From contig CAWANH010000028.1 of the NCBI GenBank assembly GCA_963783375.1, positions 416,001 to 480,000 of the forward strand: 64,000 nucleotides of DNA, read 5' to 3'. The translations under genes were made by a program, and so were the position numbers. Position 1 is the first letter of the stretch, and the number at the start of each line of letters is the position of its first letter. Source of the stretch: Candidatus Eiseniibacteriota bacterium. Lineage in GTDB: Bacteria > Eisenbacteria > RBG-16-71-46 > JABDJR01. Below the pieces are notes generated by a model. That model ran no database searches and was not told the origin of the DNA. It was given only the letters and a program-made list of their open reading frames with translations. This document shows, piece by piece, positions 62,701-64,000 of this stretch.

Positions 62701-63717
62701 ACCCCGGTGGTCACTATCCCGGACTGGACGACCGATCCCGCGACGGGGACGGTGCACTTCACCCTGCACTTCGAGAACCGGGACCCGGCTTCGTCCTCGC
62801 ACCCGGTCACGGGTTCGATCTCGTCCCAGCAGTTCGGCGTCTTCCAGCCGGACTTCGGACTCATCGGAAGCTTCAACGTGCCCTCGCTGGCGCCGGACAG
62901 CTTCTTCGACATCGAGTACGACGTGGCCCGGGCCGACCTCCCGCCCCAACCGCAGACCATTCTCCCCGGTGGCGGTCCCGCGGCCCCGGGGGTGGGGAAT
63001 GCGGCCGGCGCCAACCAGGACTGCACTCCGGACGATCACTGGGACGGCAACGTCGACGTGGTCTGGGGGATTCCTGGCACGGCGGGGGCCCAGGTCAACG
63101 TCCACTACGGCACGCTCCTGGCCTGCCCGGGAGGCGGGGCGTCCTACATCCACATCCCCGCACTCCAGTGCAACAGCCAGCTTCCGATCACCTGGCAGGT
63201 CGGCAATCTTTGCCAGGGTTTCACGGGCACGCTGGTGAACGAGGATCTGTCCCCGGCCCCGGCGAACCTGCCTGCGAACTGGACCGGGTACATCTGCATC
63301 ACCGCCGACGCGACCGTGCCCTCCGGTATCCAGTGCTGCCCCACGGTGACCTTCACCTGCGACAACCAGCCGGCGGAGATCACCCTGTGCACCAGCACCT
63401 GCCTCTGGGCCACAACGGGCACGCCCCCCGGAGACTTCAACTCGAACTTCGCCGTCCGGGCGAGGACAAACCCGATCCTCGGATCGACCACCTTCGGGTA
63501 CGTCGTCCCCGAGGCGGGCACCGCCGAGATGGACGTCTTCGACATGACCGGGAGGCTGGTCCGCACGCTGTACTCGGGACCGGTCGAGCCCGGCACGGGG
63601 ACGATCGCCTGGGACGGGCGCGGCGCATCGGGTCGGTCTCTCCCCGCGGGCGTCTACCTGGTGAGGCTCCGGCTCAACGGGAAGTCCGTCACCCAGAAGG
63701 TCCAGCTGCTGAAGTAG
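59710..63717 (+). CDS. Large secreted protein: five Cys-rich ~240-aa repeats + FlgD Ig-like C-terminal domain
   Basis: RBS GAGGAGG; signal peptide ending AAA-Q; tail VFDMTGRLVRTL...WDGR...AGVYLVRL...QKVQLLK. Confidence 0.9.
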   Translation: MIRKLAASILTVSTLVLLSILILPSPAAAQTDPVPEIMDWVTDPAAGTVHFQVRWRNTDQVDSSPVSGSMSSQPFGVYQQNYGAIGDFSVPSLAPDSFFDVFFDVALADLPPAPEKRLPGGGPAAAPGVMAAADTLPCPPDDHWDGNVDVSWTGQGTAGQVGVHYGSILLCPGAGASYIHVRPLICGAAGGVSWQITDLCPGFSATLVNEDYTPAPAALPSGWSGWICVTASAAVPVGQECCPRVKFDCGGEPAEITLCAHTCDWAPPGPDPVVTVSDWTTDLSTGTVHFQLHWSNPDPTSSSHPIAGTMSSQQFGVFQSNYKEIGTFDVPSLAPDSFFDVFYDVALADLPPSAEEVLPGGGPSTAPGVTGAASSLCPPDDHWDGNVDVEWTNGSDSAQVNVHYGTLLVCPGAGASYIHVPFLGCFDDAGNPSGVSWQVSNLCPGFGGVLVNEDYSPAPAILPPNWSGWICVTADPSVAIGTQCCPKVTFICNNQPAEVTLCATACDWSQEEPTPVPQVLDWTTDPATGLVRFQVRWHNPDQTASSQPVSGSMSSQPFGVFQSNFGAIGTFSVPPLAPDSFFDVFFDVALGDLPPQPATILPGGGPAAPGVTGAARDGDCPPDDHWDGNVDVEWAGTGAPAQVNVHYGTLMVCPGAGASYIHVPFLGCVDPNGVAWQITNLCPGWSATLVNEDTTTAAPAALPPEWSGWICVTADASVAVGTECCPIVTFTCGGVPAEIRLCATACDWNPQAPPPVVTVPDWTTDPATGTVHFTLHWENPDPVSSSHPISGTMSSQPFGAFQPDFGPIGTFNVPSLAPDSFFDIEYDVARADLPPPPATILPGGGPAAPGVTGLADNPNCPPDDHWDGNVDVEWTQGGVPAQVNVHYGTLMACPGAGASYIHVPLLGCTDDNGLPAGVTWQIGNLCPGWSATLVNEDTTTAAPATLPPGWTGWICVTADASVAVGTECCPTVTFDCNGEPAVVTLCATACDWDPQAPTPVVTIPDWTTDPATGTVHFTLHFENRDPASSSHPVTGSISSQQFGVFQPDFGLIGSFNVPSLAPDSFFDIEYDVARADLPPQPQTILPGGGPAAPGVGNAAGANQDCTPDDHWDGNVDVVWGIPGTAGAQVNVHYGTLLACPGGGASYIHIPALQCNSQLPITWQVGNLCQGFTGTLVNEDLSPAPANLPANWTGYICITADATVPSGIQCCPTVTFTCDNQPAEITLCTSTCLWATTGTPPGDFNSNFAVRARTNPILGSTTFGYVVPEAGTAEMDVFDMTGRLVRTLYSGPVEPGTGTIAWDGRGASGRSLPAGVYLVRLRLNGKSVTQKVQLLK
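59803..63410 (+). repeat. Five tandem intragenic repeats of about 720-730 nt
   Basis: Units begin near 59803, 60520, 61249, 61969 and 62701; each encodes DSFFD, DDHWDGNVDV, GASYIH and LVNED. Confidence 0.9.
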
Positions 63718-63748
63718 CCGGGTCGGACCGGCGCTGACCCCATGACAA

Positions 63749-63784
63749 GGCGGCCGCCCTCGAGAGAGGGCGGCCGCTCCTTTT
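63749..63784 (+). terminator. Intrinsic terminator
   Basis: GCGGCCGCCCTC-GAGA-GAGGGCGGCCGC stem followed by a pyrimidine/T run. Confidence 0.75.
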
Positions 63785-63801
63785 CCCGCCTCGATACCGG
63801 G

Positions 63802-63999
63802 TCAATCCATCATGAGGGCCCGAAACCCCGGCGATCTCTCCATTGCGGTCACCGCCGCCGCCATCTCCGGGCTCAGCCACCAGGCCCCTGCCTTTCCGGA
63901 GGTTTGCAGGCGGCGGAAGTCCACCCCCAGGATGCCGCTCGCGTCCACCGGCGGGATCGAGGCGCCGTAGCCCCGATTGATCGTCTCGATGAACGCGTC
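63802..63999 (-). CDS. 3' end of a gene running off the window (possibly SGNH/GDSL hydrolase-like)
   Basis: Open frame DAFIETINRGYGASIPPVD...MD*; family guess rests on one short motif. Confidence 0.5.
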   Translation of the reverse strand, partial: DAFIETINRGYGASIPPVDASGILGVDFRRLQTSGKAGAWWLSPEMAAAVTAMERSPGFRALMMD

Positions 64000-64000
64000 G

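Noticed and set aside
59803-63410. Diversity-generating retroelement template/variable repeats
   Set aside because: All repeats are in frame within one gene, differences are not adenine-specific and no reverse transcriptase is present
59560-63737. Long antisense and alternate-frame ORFs (1197 aa, 835 aa) over the repeat protein
   Set aside because: Shadow ORFs expected from high GC3 and repeats; Arg/Gly/Pro-rich with no motifs

Overview
High-GC bacterial chromosomal segment with about 55 genes. Several secreted proteins end in a FlgD-Ig/T9SS-like domain or a short '(S/T)WGxxK' tail, which suggests an FCB-superphylum candidate lineage such as Eisenbacteria, Krumholzibacteriota or Latescibacterota (inference). 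No rRNA, tRNA, CRISPR array, transposase or integrase was recognised. Ordinary content includes a desaturase, RRM protein, GH13 amylase, add, MFS, RND pump, cysK-cysE, dinB, pabB, a DUF433/DUF5615 TA pair, an MrfA/MrfB-type helicase-nuclease pair, ars genes and phoU/phoR. The most notable observations are: (1) a 30-aa ORF with three GAWEW(L/I) repeats behind a sigma54-type promoter, next to a membrane kinase-like receptor lacking its phospho-His; (2) a complete poly-Cys leader-peptide attenuator before cysK-cysE; (3) a four-gene PLP enzyme / DUF1611 / PP-loop-creatininase fusion / epimerase operon; (4) a decayed pho locus (phoB stub, porin remnant) interrupted by an arsR-arsP-arsEFG-like cluster; (5) a second sigma54-type promoter before an apparently non-coding GGA-rich region; (6) a 1335-aa protein with five Cys-rich repeats. 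A cluster of single-base frameshifts at 23.7-32.1 kb looks like sequencing error. All family calls are from motif recognition by eye; no database searches were run.
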